From an uncultured Acidimicrobiia bacterium (GTDB lineage Bacteria > Actinomycetota > Acidimicrobiia > Spongiisociales > UBA5794), in the NCBI GenBank assembly GCA_963823505.1, contig CAWGLY010000008.1, positions 373,924-437,923 of the forward strand: a stretch of 64,000 bases of DNA, in the 5' to 3' direction. The number at the start of each line of letters is the position of its first letter. Positions within the stretch are counted from its first letter, which is position 1. Under the pieces are notes generated by a model. That model was given only the letters and a program-made list of their open reading frames with translations, did no database searches and had not been told where the DNA came from. This document shows, in pieces, positions 49,398 through 59,309 of the stretch. The position numbers and the translations under genes were made by a program.

Positions 49398-49508
49398 GCC
49401 GCGACGTTACTGCGACTTGGCGATGATCGAGCGCGACATACGACTGGCTTGGCGCTCATTTATCCGTTGGTTAGCTCAGGCAGCGAGCAGTCGTGGCAGG
49501 CTGTTGCC

Positions 49509-50174
49509 ATGGTCAGGCGGATCTCCGTGATTGTCGTATGGGTGCTCGCCACGATGGTGGCGACTGCCGTCGCGCTCGCCGCGGTCGGGAGCGTTGCGGG
49601 ACAGGTCATCGATTCGCCTGCTTCGCCGCTGCTGGAGGCGACGACCACATCTCTTGTGGCTGCTGCCGCGTCGTCGACCTCCACGAGCGGCGTGCCCATC
49701 GAGATCGAAGCCGTGGACCCGATCTCCATTCCCACGACCTCTTCGCCTGCCGTCGATGACACGTCCACGAGTGCAGCGCCGTCGACGACGTCTGCTCCGG
49801 TATCGACCACGCAGGCTCCCGGTGGCGGCGGCACGTCAACGACGGTGCCGCCCGACGACGGCACGACGACGACCACGGTCCCCGACGATGACGATGACCA
49901 TGAGTCATCGACGTCCACGACGCAGGCCCCTGCTGCCTCGCAGACGGCCACCTATCAGCTCATCGGCGGTTGGGTCAGGATCACGTACGGCTCGGGTTCG
50001 GTCACGCTCGACGGAGCCGGGCCGAATTCAGGGTTCACGATGAGCATCGACAGCTCCGGCCCTGGGGAGGTCGACGTGGACTTCCGCAACGATGACCACC
50101 GCTCCGAATTCAAGGCGGAGTGGGAGGGCGGCGAGCTGAAGGTCGACATCGACGAGGAGGCCGAGGACGACTGA
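49509..50174 (+). CDS. secreted Ser/Thr/Pro-rich protein with acidic stretch; C-terminal domain paralogous to N-domain of 46576..47388
   Basis: ATG at 49509. Signal/TM VIVVWVLATMVATAVALAAV. Mucin-like STP region with DDDDDHE. C-terminal about 80 aa align with the N-domain of the poly-Asp protein (TYxxxGG...V.F.). Confidence 0.5.
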   Translation: MVRRISVIVVWVLATMVATAVALAAVGSVAGQVIDSPASPLLEATTTSLVAAAASSTSTSGVPIEIEAVDPISIPTTSSPAVDDTSTSAAPSTTSAPVSTTQAPGGGGTSTTVPPDDGTTTTTVPDDDDDHESSTSTTQAPAASQTATYQLIGGWVRITYGSGSVTLDGAGPNSGFTMSIDSSGPGEVDVDFRNDDHRSEFKAEWEGGELKVDIDEEAEDD

Positions 50175-50374
50175 CGGCGGCGTTGCGTTGGATCCACCGA
50201 TTCAGGGAGGCGGTCGCCCGGTCGTGGTTCCCGGTTCAAGTGATGCGCCATTTCGCGTTCACTGCGCGTGACGGTATTGACCGGGTGTGACGGTTGTGAT
50301 GCGGCTGCAGCCTGCGCCGGCACCGGTTGCCGGTCGACCCAGCCGCGAACGGTGGATTCAGGCCTTGCGGTCGG

Positions 50375-51232
50375 TCAGTTCCAGTCCGGGATGGTCATGC
50401 CCGTCAACACGCTGAGCCCTGCGTTGGCCTTTTCGAACTCCGAGGCGAGCTGCTCACGGATGGCAGGCGGCATCTCCGGGTACGCCCTCTTCGGTTCCTG
50501 GTTGAGCCTTCCGATGAGGTTGCGGAGGCGGCGGGGGAGCGGCTTGGTGAGTTCGCGTACCTTCGGTGAGCGAAACGCCGTGTAGGCGTTCACCGGTTCA
50601 CCGAGGTTCAACGGCCGGAAGGCGTCGTCGATACCCAGGAAGAGACACGTCCTGGCGAAGACTTCGGAAGGGTGCCGGTTCAGATCGTCAAACGTTGCGA
50701 TCTGCACCCGATCCGGGTCGATGTGCGAGAAGAGCCGCTCGATCTGTTCGGTGTACCGCCCACGATCGACGTACGAGAACCGCCGCCGCTGCTCCGCGCC
50801 CGCAACGATTCGTTCCGGCTCGGCATTGACGGCGCCGGCAAAACTCAGCTCTTCGATCCCCCTGCTCTGGTTGTGCCAGTAGTGGGAGTAGGCCCTGTCG
50901 ATGGGATTGCGAAGCGTGATGAGGATCTTCACGTCCGGCAAGGTCGCCGCGATCCGTCCGATCGCCTCGGGGTGGTAGAGGTAGTCCGGCGTGGCTTCGC
51001 CGATGGCCATTTCACGGTTGACGTGGTCGAAGTGCCGGCCGTACCAGTCCAAGCCCTTGTCGAAGTGCATGTCGAAGAAGTGCACCTCTTTGGGCGTCGA
51101 AACGGCGACCTCAGGATGCTCGCGCAAATACGCGTTCAAGGATGTCGTCCCTGAACGCATCGCGCCGGCGATGATGAAGGTTGGTAGATGCACGTGCGGC
51201 CATTCCCCGAGTCCGCCGCCATCGTATGTCAC
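50375..51232 (-). CDS. sulfotransferase-family protein (second copy)
   Basis: 5'-PSB motif GAMRSGTTSL. 3'-PB motif TLRNPIDRAYSHYW. About 30% identity to the copy at 40292. Confidence 0.75.
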   Translation of the reverse strand: MTYDGGGLGEWPHVHLPTFIIAGAMRSGTTSLNAYLREHPEVAVSTPKEVHFFDMHFDKGLDWYGRHFDHVNREMAIGEATPDYLYHPEAIGRIAATLPDVKILITLRNPIDRAYSHYWHNQSRGIEELSFAGAVNAEPERIVAGAEQRRRFSYVDRGRYTEQIERLFSHIDPDRVQIATFDDLNRHPSEVFARTCLFLGIDDAFRPLNLGEPVNAYTAFRSPKVRELTKPLPRRLRNLIGRLNQEPKRAYPEMPPAIREQLASEFEKANAGLSVLTGMTIPDWN

Positions 51233-51314
51233 CCGCTGCCGTCACGGAGTAGGTCGCCCGGACCTTTGTCGCGACATCCCTTCAGGGGTCGCGAGAAAAG
51301 TCCGGGCGATACGC

Positions 51315-53612
51315 TCATGCCAGGGCGATGTCGAGGACCTCGCGGACGTCGGCGGGAGTGTGGAAGGTCATGTCCGCACGGATCTCGTCCGGCACGTCGT
51401 CGAGATCGTTGGCGTTCTTTGCCGGCACGATCACCTCGCGCAGACCTGCCCGGTGGGCGGCAAGCACCTTCTGTTTCACGCCGCCGATCGGAAGCACCCG
51501 ACCCTGGAGTGTCACCTCACCGGTCATCCCGATCGGGTCCCGCACCGTCCTCCCGGTGAGGAGGCTGACGAGAGCCGTCGTCATCGTCACCCCGGCCGAA
51601 GGACCGTCCTTCGGGATCGCCCCTGCGGGGACGTGGAGATGGAACCGCCGCTGCAGCTGCTCCGCATCGACGTCGAGCTCGGCTGCGTGGGCACGGACGT
51701 ACGACAGCGCAATCTGTGCCGACTCTTTCATGACGTCACCAAGTTGACCGGTGATCGTGAGGCCTGGTTCACCGTCCATCACCGAGGCCTCGATGAACAG
51801 GACATCGCCGCCTGCGCCGGTCACGGCGAGCCCGGTGGCGACGCCGGGAACCGCGGTGCGATCCTTGGCCTCATCGTGGTGGACCGTGGGCTTGCCGAGA
51901 AGGCTCGAGAGGTCGTCGACGTCAACGGTGATGGGAGGAGCCTCGTCCTCGGTGGCGATCTTGGTCACCACCTTGCGGACTGCCTTACCGAGCTGGCGTT
52001 CGAGGCCGCGGACCCCCGCTTCCCTGGTGTAGCCGTCGATGACCGCGGCGAGGGCTTCGTCGGTGATGACGACTTCCTCGGCGGTGAGCCCCGACTGCTC
52101 GATCTGGCGCGACAGGAGATGATCCCGGGCGATGGCCAGCTTCTCGTTGTCCGTGTAGCCGTCGATGCGGATGAGTTCGGTCCGGTCCAGCAGCGGCGCG
52201 GGGATCGTGTCGATGAGGTTGGCCGTTGCGACGAACATCACGTCCGACAGGTCGAGATCGACCTCGAGATAGTTGTCACGGAACGTGTGGTTCTGCTCGG
52301 GGTCGAGTACTTCGAGAAGGGCCGAGGACGGATCGCCCCTCCAGTCGCTGCCCACCTTGTCCATCTCGTCGAGCAGGAAGACGGGGTTCATGGTCTCCGC
52401 CTCGATGAGGGCGCGGGCGATCCGGCCTGGCCTGGCACCCACGTAGGTGCGGCGATGGCCGCGTATCTCCGCCTCATCCCGCAGCCCGCCCAGCGCAACG
52501 CGGACGAACTTGCGGCCAAGCGCCCGGGCGACCGACTCGCCAAGGGAGGTCTTGCCGACCCCCGGCGGGCCCACCAGCAACAAGATGGCTCCACCGCGGC
52601 GCCCCCCGTCGGTGGCGGTGAGGCCGCGCTCGGTGCGGAGCTTCCGCACTGCAAGGTGTTCGATGATGCGGTCTTTGACGTCTTCGAGGCCCGTGTGATC
52701 CGCATCGAGGACCTGGCGGGCCGGGGCGAGCTCGAGCATGTCCTCGGTGCGCACGTTCCACGGGATGTCGAAGATCGTGTCGAGCCAGGTGCGGATCCAG
52801 CTGTGCTCGGGGCTCTGCTCGTTCATGCGCTCCAGCCGGTCGATCTCGCGCTCCACGGCTTCGGTCACATGTTCCGGCATCTCGGCGTCGGCGAGCTTGT
52901 GCCGGTACTCACTGATGAGGTCGCCGTCGGAGTCGCCCAGCTCAGACCTGATCGATTCCATCTGCTGGCGGAGCAAGTACTCCCGCTGGCTCTTGTCGAT
53001 GCGCTCGGTAGCGTCGTCGCGAATCTTCTGACGAAGGCTCACGTCTGCGAGGGTCTCGTTCATCCACGCCAGGACCTTCTCCAGGCGCTCGCGGACGTCG
53101 ATGGTCTCCAGCACTTCGATCTTCTGGGTGAGACTGAGGTCGGGGGAGTACACGGCGAGATCGGCGAGTTGGCCAGGGTCGTCGATGTCGAGGATCCGGT
53201 CGGCGACCCGGCCGATCCCGCGGAGCTGCATGATCTCTGAGACGACGGCGCGAAACTCGGTCTTCAGGTCCTCCAGACCGGATGTCTCTTCGTCGACCGG
53301 TTCGGCGTCGACCCAGAGCACGTCGTCGTCGGCCGGACGCCCCGCCCCGATCCTGGCGCGGCTGATCCCGGCGATGAGCGCAGCGGTCCCCCCGTCCTGC
53401 GTGACCTCCTGGATCGAGGCGATGGTGCCGACGGACGCATAGCCCTCGTCGGTCTTGGGAACGAGGAGCAGGCGCCCTCCTGTGCTTTCGGCTGCCGCCA
53501 CCGCTCTGCGGGCTTCGGCGGATTCGACGGCGACGGTGACGACCATGTGGGGGAAGACCACCCCATTTCGCAGGGGGAGCACCGGCAAGCTGAGTGTGCT
53601 GAGTTCGGCCAC
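51315..53612 (-). CDS. lon: ATP-dependent Lon protease (endopeptidase La)
   Basis: Lon N-terminus LPVLPLRNGVVFPHMVV. AAA+ Walker A GPPGVGKTS. Protease Ser-Lys dyad region (PKDGPSAGVTMTTALVS). GTG start with AAGGA SD. Confidence 0.95.
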   Translation of the reverse strand: MAELSTLSLPVLPLRNGVVFPHMVVTVAVESAEARRAVAAAESTGGRLLLVPKTDEGYASVGTIASIQEVTQDGGTAALIAGISRARIGAGRPADDDVLWVDAEPVDEETSGLEDLKTEFRAVVSEIMQLRGIGRVADRILDIDDPGQLADLAVYSPDLSLTQKIEVLETIDVRERLEKVLAWMNETLADVSLRQKIRDDATERIDKSQREYLLRQQMESIRSELGDSDGDLISEYRHKLADAEMPEHVTEAVEREIDRLERMNEQSPEHSWIRTWLDTIFDIPWNVRTEDMLELAPARQVLDADHTGLEDVKDRIIEHLAVRKLRTERGLTATDGGRRGGAILLLVGPPGVGKTSLGESVARALGRKFVRVALGGLRDEAEIRGHRRTYVGARPGRIARALIEAETMNPVFLLDEMDKVGSDWRGDPSSALLEVLDPEQNHTFRDNYLEVDLDLSDVMFVATANLIDTIPAPLLDRTELIRIDGYTDNEKLAIARDHLLSRQIEQSGLTAEEVVITDEALAAVIDGYTREAGVRGLERQLGKAVRKVVTKIATEDEAPPITVDVDDLSSLLGKPTVHHDEAKDRTAVPGVATGLAVTGAGGDVLFIEASVMDGEPGLTITGQLGDVMKESAQIALSYVRAHAAELDVDAEQLQRRFHLHVPAGAIPKDGPSAGVTMTTALVSLLTGRTVRDPIGMTGEVTLQGRVLPIGGVKQKVLAAHRAGLREVIVPAKNANDLDDVPDEIRADMTFHTPADVREVLDIALA

Positions 53613-53688
53613 GTGGGTCCTTTCAGAACGGAAATCTGGTGATGTAATGCTGTAATACTAGCGAGGTATTCCCGGTAGCTGGTCAAAT

Positions 53689-53709
53689 CTGAGTATTCGA
53701 TGCTCAAGT
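53689..53709 (-). promoter_or_regulatory. HAIR-like inverted repeat (HspR-type operator candidate) upstream of lon
   Basis: The minus strand reads CTTGAGC-ATCGAAT-ACTCAGA. This matches the HAIR consensus CTTGAGT-N7-ACTCAAG at 11/14 positions with the exact 7-nt spacer, 77-97 nt upstream of the lon start, in an AT-richer stretch. Confidence 0.4.
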
Positions 53710-53909
53710 TATACGATGGCTGTGGCGGCATATCGTTGGGGGACGGCCGAGCCTCCACCGGCCGCCACCTCACCCTCCGGTTCCTCGGCGGAGGCTCGGA
53801 GGGGGCACAACCGTGACCGCACCGCCACGACCCGTCAGGGAGGCTCGCCGCCGGTGTCCCCCCGCCGGGCTACGATTTCCGTCTGCACCCACTGCCCGCG
53901 GAGGCCCTC

Positions 53910-54500
53910 ATGACCCGTTCGTTCGCCATCACCTACGACTATCTGTGCCCGTTCGCCCGCATCGCAAACGAAGCCGTGGTGGAGGCGTTGGCCGACGGCG
54001 CCGCATGGGACGTCGACTTCCGGCCCTTCTCGCTCGCCCAGTCGCACGTCGAGGAAGGTGAGGCCGCCGTTTGGGATCGACCTGCGGGAGACCCGGGCAG
54101 CAGAGGCGTCGTCGCACTTCAATGGTCGGTGGCGATCAAAGAGCTCTTCCCCGAGCAGTTCCTCGCTTTCCACGTTGCACTGTTCGACGCCCGTCACAGT
54201 CGGGCGGCAGATGTCGACGACGATGCGTTGCTTCGCGAGCTCGCAGCGGGAGCGGGCATCGATGCCGAAACGGTGGCGCGGCGGGTTGCGGAGGGTGCTC
54301 CGATGAAGCAGCTGGCTGCAGAGCACGACGAGTTGGTCGACCGCTGGGAAGTGTTCGGCGTTCCCACGTTCATCGACGGCGACGAGGCCGTCTTCGTCCG
54401 GCTGATGGAGCGGTATCGGCGCAGCGACGTCGAGAAGGTGCTGGACATGCTCGAGTGGACTCGGCTCAACGAGTTCAAGCGGACCCGCATCCCCCGCTGA
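53910..54500 (+). CDS. DsbA-like thioredoxin-fold protein (HCCA isomerase / GST-kappa-like)
   Basis: N-terminal ITYDYLCPFA thioredoxin-fold active-site region. 196 aa. Typical DSBA-domain length. Confidence 0.6.
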   Translation: MTRSFAITYDYLCPFARIANEAVVEALADGAAWDVDFRPFSLAQSHVEEGEAAVWDRPAGDPGSRGVVALQWSVAIKELFPEQFLAFHVALFDARHSRAADVDDDALLRELAAGAGIDAETVARRVAEGAPMKQLAAEHDELVDRWEVFGVPTFIDGDEAVFVRLMERYRRSDVEKVLDMLEWTRLNEFKRTRIPR

Positions 54501-54521
54501 CCACCGGGCCGGTACGCTGGT

Positions 54522-55304
54522 TTGGTGCGCAACGACCCGGTGCTTGCGGCGTCTGAGATGCGCAGGCTGACCATAGGGAAACGCAATTCCCAGGATCCCT
54601 CGTGGTTTGAGTTTGGCGACGTCACGCTGGAGCCGGATGGGGTGGTGCGCCGCCTCGCTCCGCTGCTCACCGCCGAGCGCATCGCCCGCATCGAGGAAGT
54701 CCTCGACGCCCGCACCCGGTCGCTGACGGTCGTCGTGGAAGGCATGGTGGACACGGGCAACGTCGCCGCCGTGTTGCGCACGGCCGAGGGTTTTGGCGTC
54801 CAAGAGGTCCACACCATCGACACGGCCGCCGGCTACAAGCATTCGAAGCGGACGAGCCGGGGTGCCGAGAAGTGGCTGGATCGCTGGCGGTGGAAGTCGC
54901 CGGATGAGTGTGTCGCGTGGTTGCGCCACAACGGCTTCAGGATCGTGGCGGGCCACCTCGACCCGGCAGCGGTACCCATCTCCGAAGTCGACTTCTCGCT
55001 CCCCACCGCGCTCGTCTTCGGCAACGAGTTCAGTGGGCTCTCCGACGGCATGGTCGCTCTTGCGGATACCACGGCGATGATCCCCATCGACGGATTCATC
55101 CAGAGCTACAACATCTCCGTGGCTGCCGCCCTGTGTCTCTCCCACGCCCGCCGGGATCGGATCGCGCGCTTGGGATCTGCAGGCGATCTCTCGAGCACCG
55201 ACCGACGCACCCTGCGTGCGGTGTGGTACCTCAAGACCGTGCCGCACTCGGCCAAGGTCATCGAGCGCATCCTTGCCGACGAGGCCAACGCTGCGGACCG
55301 GTAG
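54522..55304 (+). CDS. trmH: SpoU/TrmH-family RNA 2'-O-methyltransferase (tRNA Gm18-like)
   Basis: SPOUT motifs (LTVVVEGMVDTGNVAAVLRTAEGFGV, ALVFGNEFSGLS, IPIDGFIQSYNISVAAAL). The start is uncertain; the range runs from TTG at 54522 to ATG at 54558. Confidence 0.75.
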   Translation: MVRNDPVLAASEMRRLTIGKRNSQDPSWFEFGDVTLEPDGVVRRLAPLLTAERIARIEEVLDARTRSLTVVVEGMVDTGNVAAVLRTAEGFGVQEVHTIDTAAGYKHSKRTSRGAEKWLDRWRWKSPDECVAWLRHNGFRIVAGHLDPAAVPISEVDFSLPTALVFGNEFSGLSDGMVALADTTAMIPIDGFIQSYNISVAAALCLSHARRDRIARLGSAGDLSSTDRRTLRAVWYLKTVPHSAKVIERILADEANAADR

Positions 55305-55310
55305 CCTCGG

Positions 55311-57827
55311 TTGCCCATGACACGCACCATCCCCGACACGCCGTCGATCGATGGGCTCGAAGCCAAGTGGCGTGACGCCTGGGAGCGCGACGGCATCTAT
55401 CGCTTCCGGCCGGACGTCGTGCGCAACAGCGTGTACTCGATCGACACTCCGCCACCGACGGTCAGCGGTTCGCTCCACATCGGCCACGTGTTCTCCTACA
55501 CCCACACCGACACCGTTGCCCGCTACAAACGGATGGCAGGCCACGAGGTGTTCTATCCGATGGGCTGGGACGACAACGGCCTTCCGACCGAGCGGCGCGT
55601 GCAGAACTACTACGGCGTCCGCTGCGATCCGGCCCTGCCCCATGACCCGGGTTTTGTGGCTCCCGCAACGCCCTTTGATCCACCGCGGCCGATCAGCCGG
55701 CGCAACTTCGTCGATCTGTGTCTTGGGCTGACCGCCGTCGACGAGCAGGCATTCGAGAATCTGTGGAAGCAACTCGGTCTGTCGATCGACTGGTCCATGA
55801 CCTACACCACCATCGGCGAAGAATCGCGGCGCATCTCCCAGCTCGCCTTCTTGCGCAATCTGGGGCGCGGGGAGGCGTACGTCGCCGATGCGCCGGTGCT
55901 GTGGGACATCGACTTCAGGACCGCCGTTGCCCAGGCTGAGCTCGAAGACCGGGAACGCGCCGGGGCGTATCACCGTATCGCCTTTCACCGCCGCGACGGG
56001 GAGGCGATCTACGTGGAGACCACCCGGCCGGAGTTGATCCCGTCGTGCGTGGCGCTCGTCCATCACCCCGACGACGAGCGGTATGCGGAGATGACCGGCA
56101 CGACGGCCCGGACTCCGCTGTTCGGCGTCGAGGTCCCGGTGCTGTCGCACGAGCTCGCCGAACCGGACAAGGGCACCGGCATCGCAATGATCTGCACCTT
56201 CGGTGACACCACAGACGTCACGTGGTGGCGCGAGCTGGAGCTGCCGTCCCGGGCGGTGATCCAACGGAACGGGCGATTTGTAGAGGACACGCCGGCGTGG
56301 ATCCCCGACGGAACGGCATTCGGGGAACTCGCCGGCAAGACGGTGAACCAGGCGCGGCGCCGTATCGTCGACATGCTGACCGAGAGCGGCGACCTCGACG
56401 GCGAGCCCCGAGTCATCACCCACGCCGTGAAGTTCTATGAGAAGGGCGAGCGGCCCCTCGAAATCGTCTCGAGCCGGCAGTGGTACATCCGCAACGGTGG
56501 CAGAGACGAGCAGCTGCGTGCCCAGCTGCTGGAGCGGGGCTTGGAGCTCGAATGGATTCCCGAGTTCATGCGGGTGCGCTACGAGCACTGGGTGGAGGGG
56601 TTGGCCGGCGACTGGCTGATCTCGCGGCAGCGATACTTCGGGGTGCCGATCCCGCTCTGGTATCCCCTGGATCAGCAGGGCGAGCCGGACTATGCAGCGC
56701 CGATCCCGGCCGATGAGGCGGCCCTCCCCGTGGACCCGGCGAGTGAGCCGGCCCCCGGCTACCGCAACGAGCAGCGTGGGCAGCCCGGCGGGTTTGTTGC
56801 CGATCCCGACGTGATGGACACGTGGGCAACCTCGTCGTTGTCGCCGCTCATCGTCACCGGCTGGGAACGCGATGCTGATCTGTTTGCGCGCACCTACCCG
56901 ATGGATCTGCGACCGCAGTCTCACGACATCATCCGCACCTGGCTCTTCGCCACGCTGACGCGAGCTCACCTCGAGTTGGATGGGCTGCCCTGGTCTCACG
57001 TCGCGATCTCTGGCTGGATCATGGACCCAGACCGCAAGAAGATGTCGAAGTCCAAAGGCAACGCAGTCACCCCGATGGACCTCTTGGACGAGTACGGCTC
57101 CGACGGCGTCCGCTACTGGGCGGCGAGCGGCCGGCCCGGCACCGACACGCTGTTCGACCCGGCTCAGATGAAGGTCGGTCGCCGGCTCGCCATCAAGCTG
57201 CTCAACGCATCCCGGTTCGTGCTCGGGTTCGGCGAGAGTGCCGGGGAGATCACCGAACCGCTGGACCTCTCGATGCTTGCGTCATTGCGCCGGGTGGTGA
57301 CGGAGGCTACTGCGGCCTTCGAGGCCTACGACTACGCCAGGGCGCTCGAGCGCACAGAGGCATCGTTCTGGTCGTGGACCGACGACTACCTCGAGCTGGT
57401 GAAGGTGCGGGCCTACGGCGAAAGCCCCGGAGCGAACTCGGCCCGGTCGGCGCTGGAGCTCTCGCTGTCGGTCTACCTCCGCCTTTTTGCTCCGGTCCTT
57501 CCTTTCGTCACCGAGGAAGTCTGGTCGTGGTGGCGCGACGGTTCGATCCATCGCAGCGCATGGCCAACCGTGGAGGAGCTGCCGGGGATCGGCGATCCGG
57601 GTGTCCTCGAGGCCGTGGCGGAGGTGCTCGGAGAGGTCCGCCGCGCCAAGTCGGAAGCCAAGCGGTCTATGAGGTCGGAGGTCACGGCTGTGTCGATCGC
57701 CGGCAGTGCCGAGCGGCTGGCGGCAGTCCGAGCCGGGGCCGAAGACCTCACGGCCGCCGCAAATGCCGGATCGCTGGAGTTCGTGGACGCGGCCCCTGCG
57801 ATTGTCGTAGAGCTTGCTTCCGAGTGA
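55311..57827 (+). CDS. valS: valine--tRNA ligase (short form lacking C-terminal coiled coil)
   Basis: HIGH (SLHIGHV) and KMSKS motifs. ValS-specific TTRPEL...DERY...KGTG editing region. KLLNASRFVL anticodon-binding region. WLISRQRYFGVPIP. Confidence 0.85.
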   Translation: MPMTRTIPDTPSIDGLEAKWRDAWERDGIYRFRPDVVRNSVYSIDTPPPTVSGSLHIGHVFSYTHTDTVARYKRMAGHEVFYPMGWDDNGLPTERRVQNYYGVRCDPALPHDPGFVAPATPFDPPRPISRRNFVDLCLGLTAVDEQAFENLWKQLGLSIDWSMTYTTIGEESRRISQLAFLRNLGRGEAYVADAPVLWDIDFRTAVAQAELEDRERAGAYHRIAFHRRDGEAIYVETTRPELIPSCVALVHHPDDERYAEMTGTTARTPLFGVEVPVLSHELAEPDKGTGIAMICTFGDTTDVTWWRELELPSRAVIQRNGRFVEDTPAWIPDGTAFGELAGKTVNQARRRIVDMLTESGDLDGEPRVITHAVKFYEKGERPLEIVSSRQWYIRNGGRDEQLRAQLLERGLELEWIPEFMRVRYEHWVEGLAGDWLISRQRYFGVPIPLWYPLDQQGEPDYAAPIPADEAALPVDPASEPAPGYRNEQRGQPGGFVADPDVMDTWATSSLSPLIVTGWERDADLFARTYPMDLRPQSHDIIRTWLFATLTRAHLELDGLPWSHVAISGWIMDPDRKKMSKSKGNAVTPMDLLDEYGSDGVRYWAASGRPGTDTLFDPAQMKVGRRLAIKLLNASRFVLGFGESAGEITEPLDLSMLASLRRVVTEATAAFEAYDYARALERTEASFWSWTDDYLELVKVRAYGESPGANSARSALELSLSVYLRLFAPVLPFVTEEVWSWWRDGSIHRSAWPTVEELPGIGDPGVLEAVAEVLGEVRRAKSEAKRSMRSEVTAVSIAGSAERLAAVRAGAEDLTAAANAGSLEFVDAAPAIVVELASE

Positions 57828-57921
57828 GGTGTTGTGGCGGGGTGCGGGTCGATGGACTTCGCCCCCCAACGCACGGCGTTGCTTCCATCGCGACCCTGAT
57901 CCGCGCATCGCGGCCCAACTA

Positions 57922-58127
57922 GGACACTGCTGGTCAACGTCAGTTCGAGCTCGTGACCGAGGTCGTGACCAGGCACCGTGGCGGACCCGCGAGCCCTCGC
58001 GACGATTTGATCAGCAGTCTCCTGGGACACTGCTGATCAACGTCAGTTCGAGCTCGTGACCGAGGTCGTGACCAGGCACCGTGGCGGACCCGCGAGCCCT
58101 CACGACGATTTGATCAGCAGTCTCCTA
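57922..58127. repeat. two tandem copies of a 103-bp element with 15-bp terminal inverted repeats (MITE/REP-like)
   Basis: Copy 1 at 57922..58024 and copy 2 at 58025..58127 differ at 3 positions. Each copy begins GACACTGCTG(G/A)TCAA and ends TTGATCAGCAGTCTC (revcomp GAGACTGCTGATCAA), giving 14/15 TIR identity. CTAG is present at both outer flanks. Confidence 0.8.
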
Positions 58128-58131
58128 GGGT

Positions 58132-59199
58132 GTGGCGATGACTGAGAGCCCGGCGAACACGCCAGCGCAGGCGACACCGCCCAGCCGGAAGAAGCAGGTG
58201 ATCGCCGGCCTCGTGACGTTGGTCACGCTTGTGATTGTCTTCGGGAGGATCCTGCCGCAGCTCGCCGACTACGGGTCGGCTTGGGAGGCCATCCAGGACA
58301 TGCCGGCGCTTGCGCTCGTCCTGCTGGTCGTGGCGACGATTGGCAACATCATCGTGTACGTCTGGCCATATCAAGCTGCCTTGCCCGGTATCAGCTACGG
58401 CCCGGCATTCGTCGTGCGGCAGACATCGTTCGCCATCAGCAATGGCGTTCCGGCCGGCGGGGCGTTCGGGATCGGCGTGCAATACACCATGCTCGGCGAT
58501 TACGGCTTTGGGGCAGGCCCTGCTGCGGCTGCGATCGGGATCACAAGTGTGTGGAACTCACTGGTCACGTTGGCGCTCCCCGTGCTGGCAGTCATCGGCT
58601 TGGTGATCACAGGCGACCCTCAGGGATGGGTCATCTCGGCCGCAGCGATTGGGCTCGTTGTCGTCGGCGTGATTGTCGGTCTCCTCGTTGTCGTCTTCAG
58701 GAGTGAATCTGCCGCGATTCGCCTTGGGGACTTTGGCGATCGGCTCGTGACGCGGACCGGACGGCTCTTCAAGAAGGACCTGACGCTCAACATCGGCAAC
58801 GCCCTGCTGGATTTCCGGCGGTCGACCATCGACGTTGTGGAGCAACGTGCAGTGGCTATCACCCTGACCAACGTGTTCCAGCAACTCGTCCAGTTCTTCA
58901 TCCTGTTCCTGGCGTTGCGAGGGATCCAGTCGGACGCCGCGATGCAGACGACGCTGGTCGAGACGTTGGTGGCGTACTCCGTTGGTCGGTTGGGGAGTTT
59001 CATCCCGTTGACCCCCGGCGGTCTCGGCACCGTCGATGCGCTGATCACGGCCATCCTCGTCGGATTCGGCGCCGTAGAGTCCGACGCGCTTGCCGCAACC
59101 CTTCTGTGGCGAGCATCCACCTTCTTCCCCCAGATCTTCCTCGGGATCGGAACCTTCCTCTACTGGCGCCACCGCAAGACAAAGTCGCTGGCCGCCTGA
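58132..59199 (+). CDS. UPF0104 / lysylphosphatidylglycerol-synthase-TM-region-like (flippase-like) membrane protein
   Basis: 355 aa with about 8 TM helices. The architecture and conserved Gly/Pro pattern (FIPLTPGGLGTVDA) are typical of PF03706. GTG 58132 or ATG 58138. Confidence 0.7.
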   Translation: MAMTESPANTPAQATPPSRKKQVIAGLVTLVTLVIVFGRILPQLADYGSAWEAIQDMPALALVLLVVATIGNIIVYVWPYQAALPGISYGPAFVVRQTSFAISNGVPAGGAFGIGVQYTMLGDYGFGAGPAAAAIGITSVWNSLVTLALPVLAVIGLVITGDPQGWVISAAAIGLVVVGVIVGLLVVVFRSESAAIRLGDFGDRLVTRTGRLFKKDLTLNIGNALLDFRRSTIDVVEQRAVAITLTNVFQQLVQFFILFLALRGIQSDAAMQTTLVETLVAYSVGRLGSFIPLTPGGLGTVDALITAILVGFGAVESDALAATLLWRASTFFPQIFLGIGTFLYWRHRKTKSLAA

Positions 59200-59309
59200 G
59201 GAGTTGTTCCCCAATCCGTGGACGCCGTCGTCGGCCTTGCGGCGTTCAGGCCGTTCGGGTCGCAGCGAGCTGCAGCGGGCTTGCAGTCGCCGAGTGGCAC
59301 AATGCTGCC

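Noticed and set aside
53835-56999. 1054-aa minus-strand ORF spanning the DsbA-like, trmH and valS region
   Set aside because: Antisense to three well-conserved plus-strand genes, with Arg/Gly/Pro-rich, non-protein-like composition. This is the typical high-GC antisense open frame.
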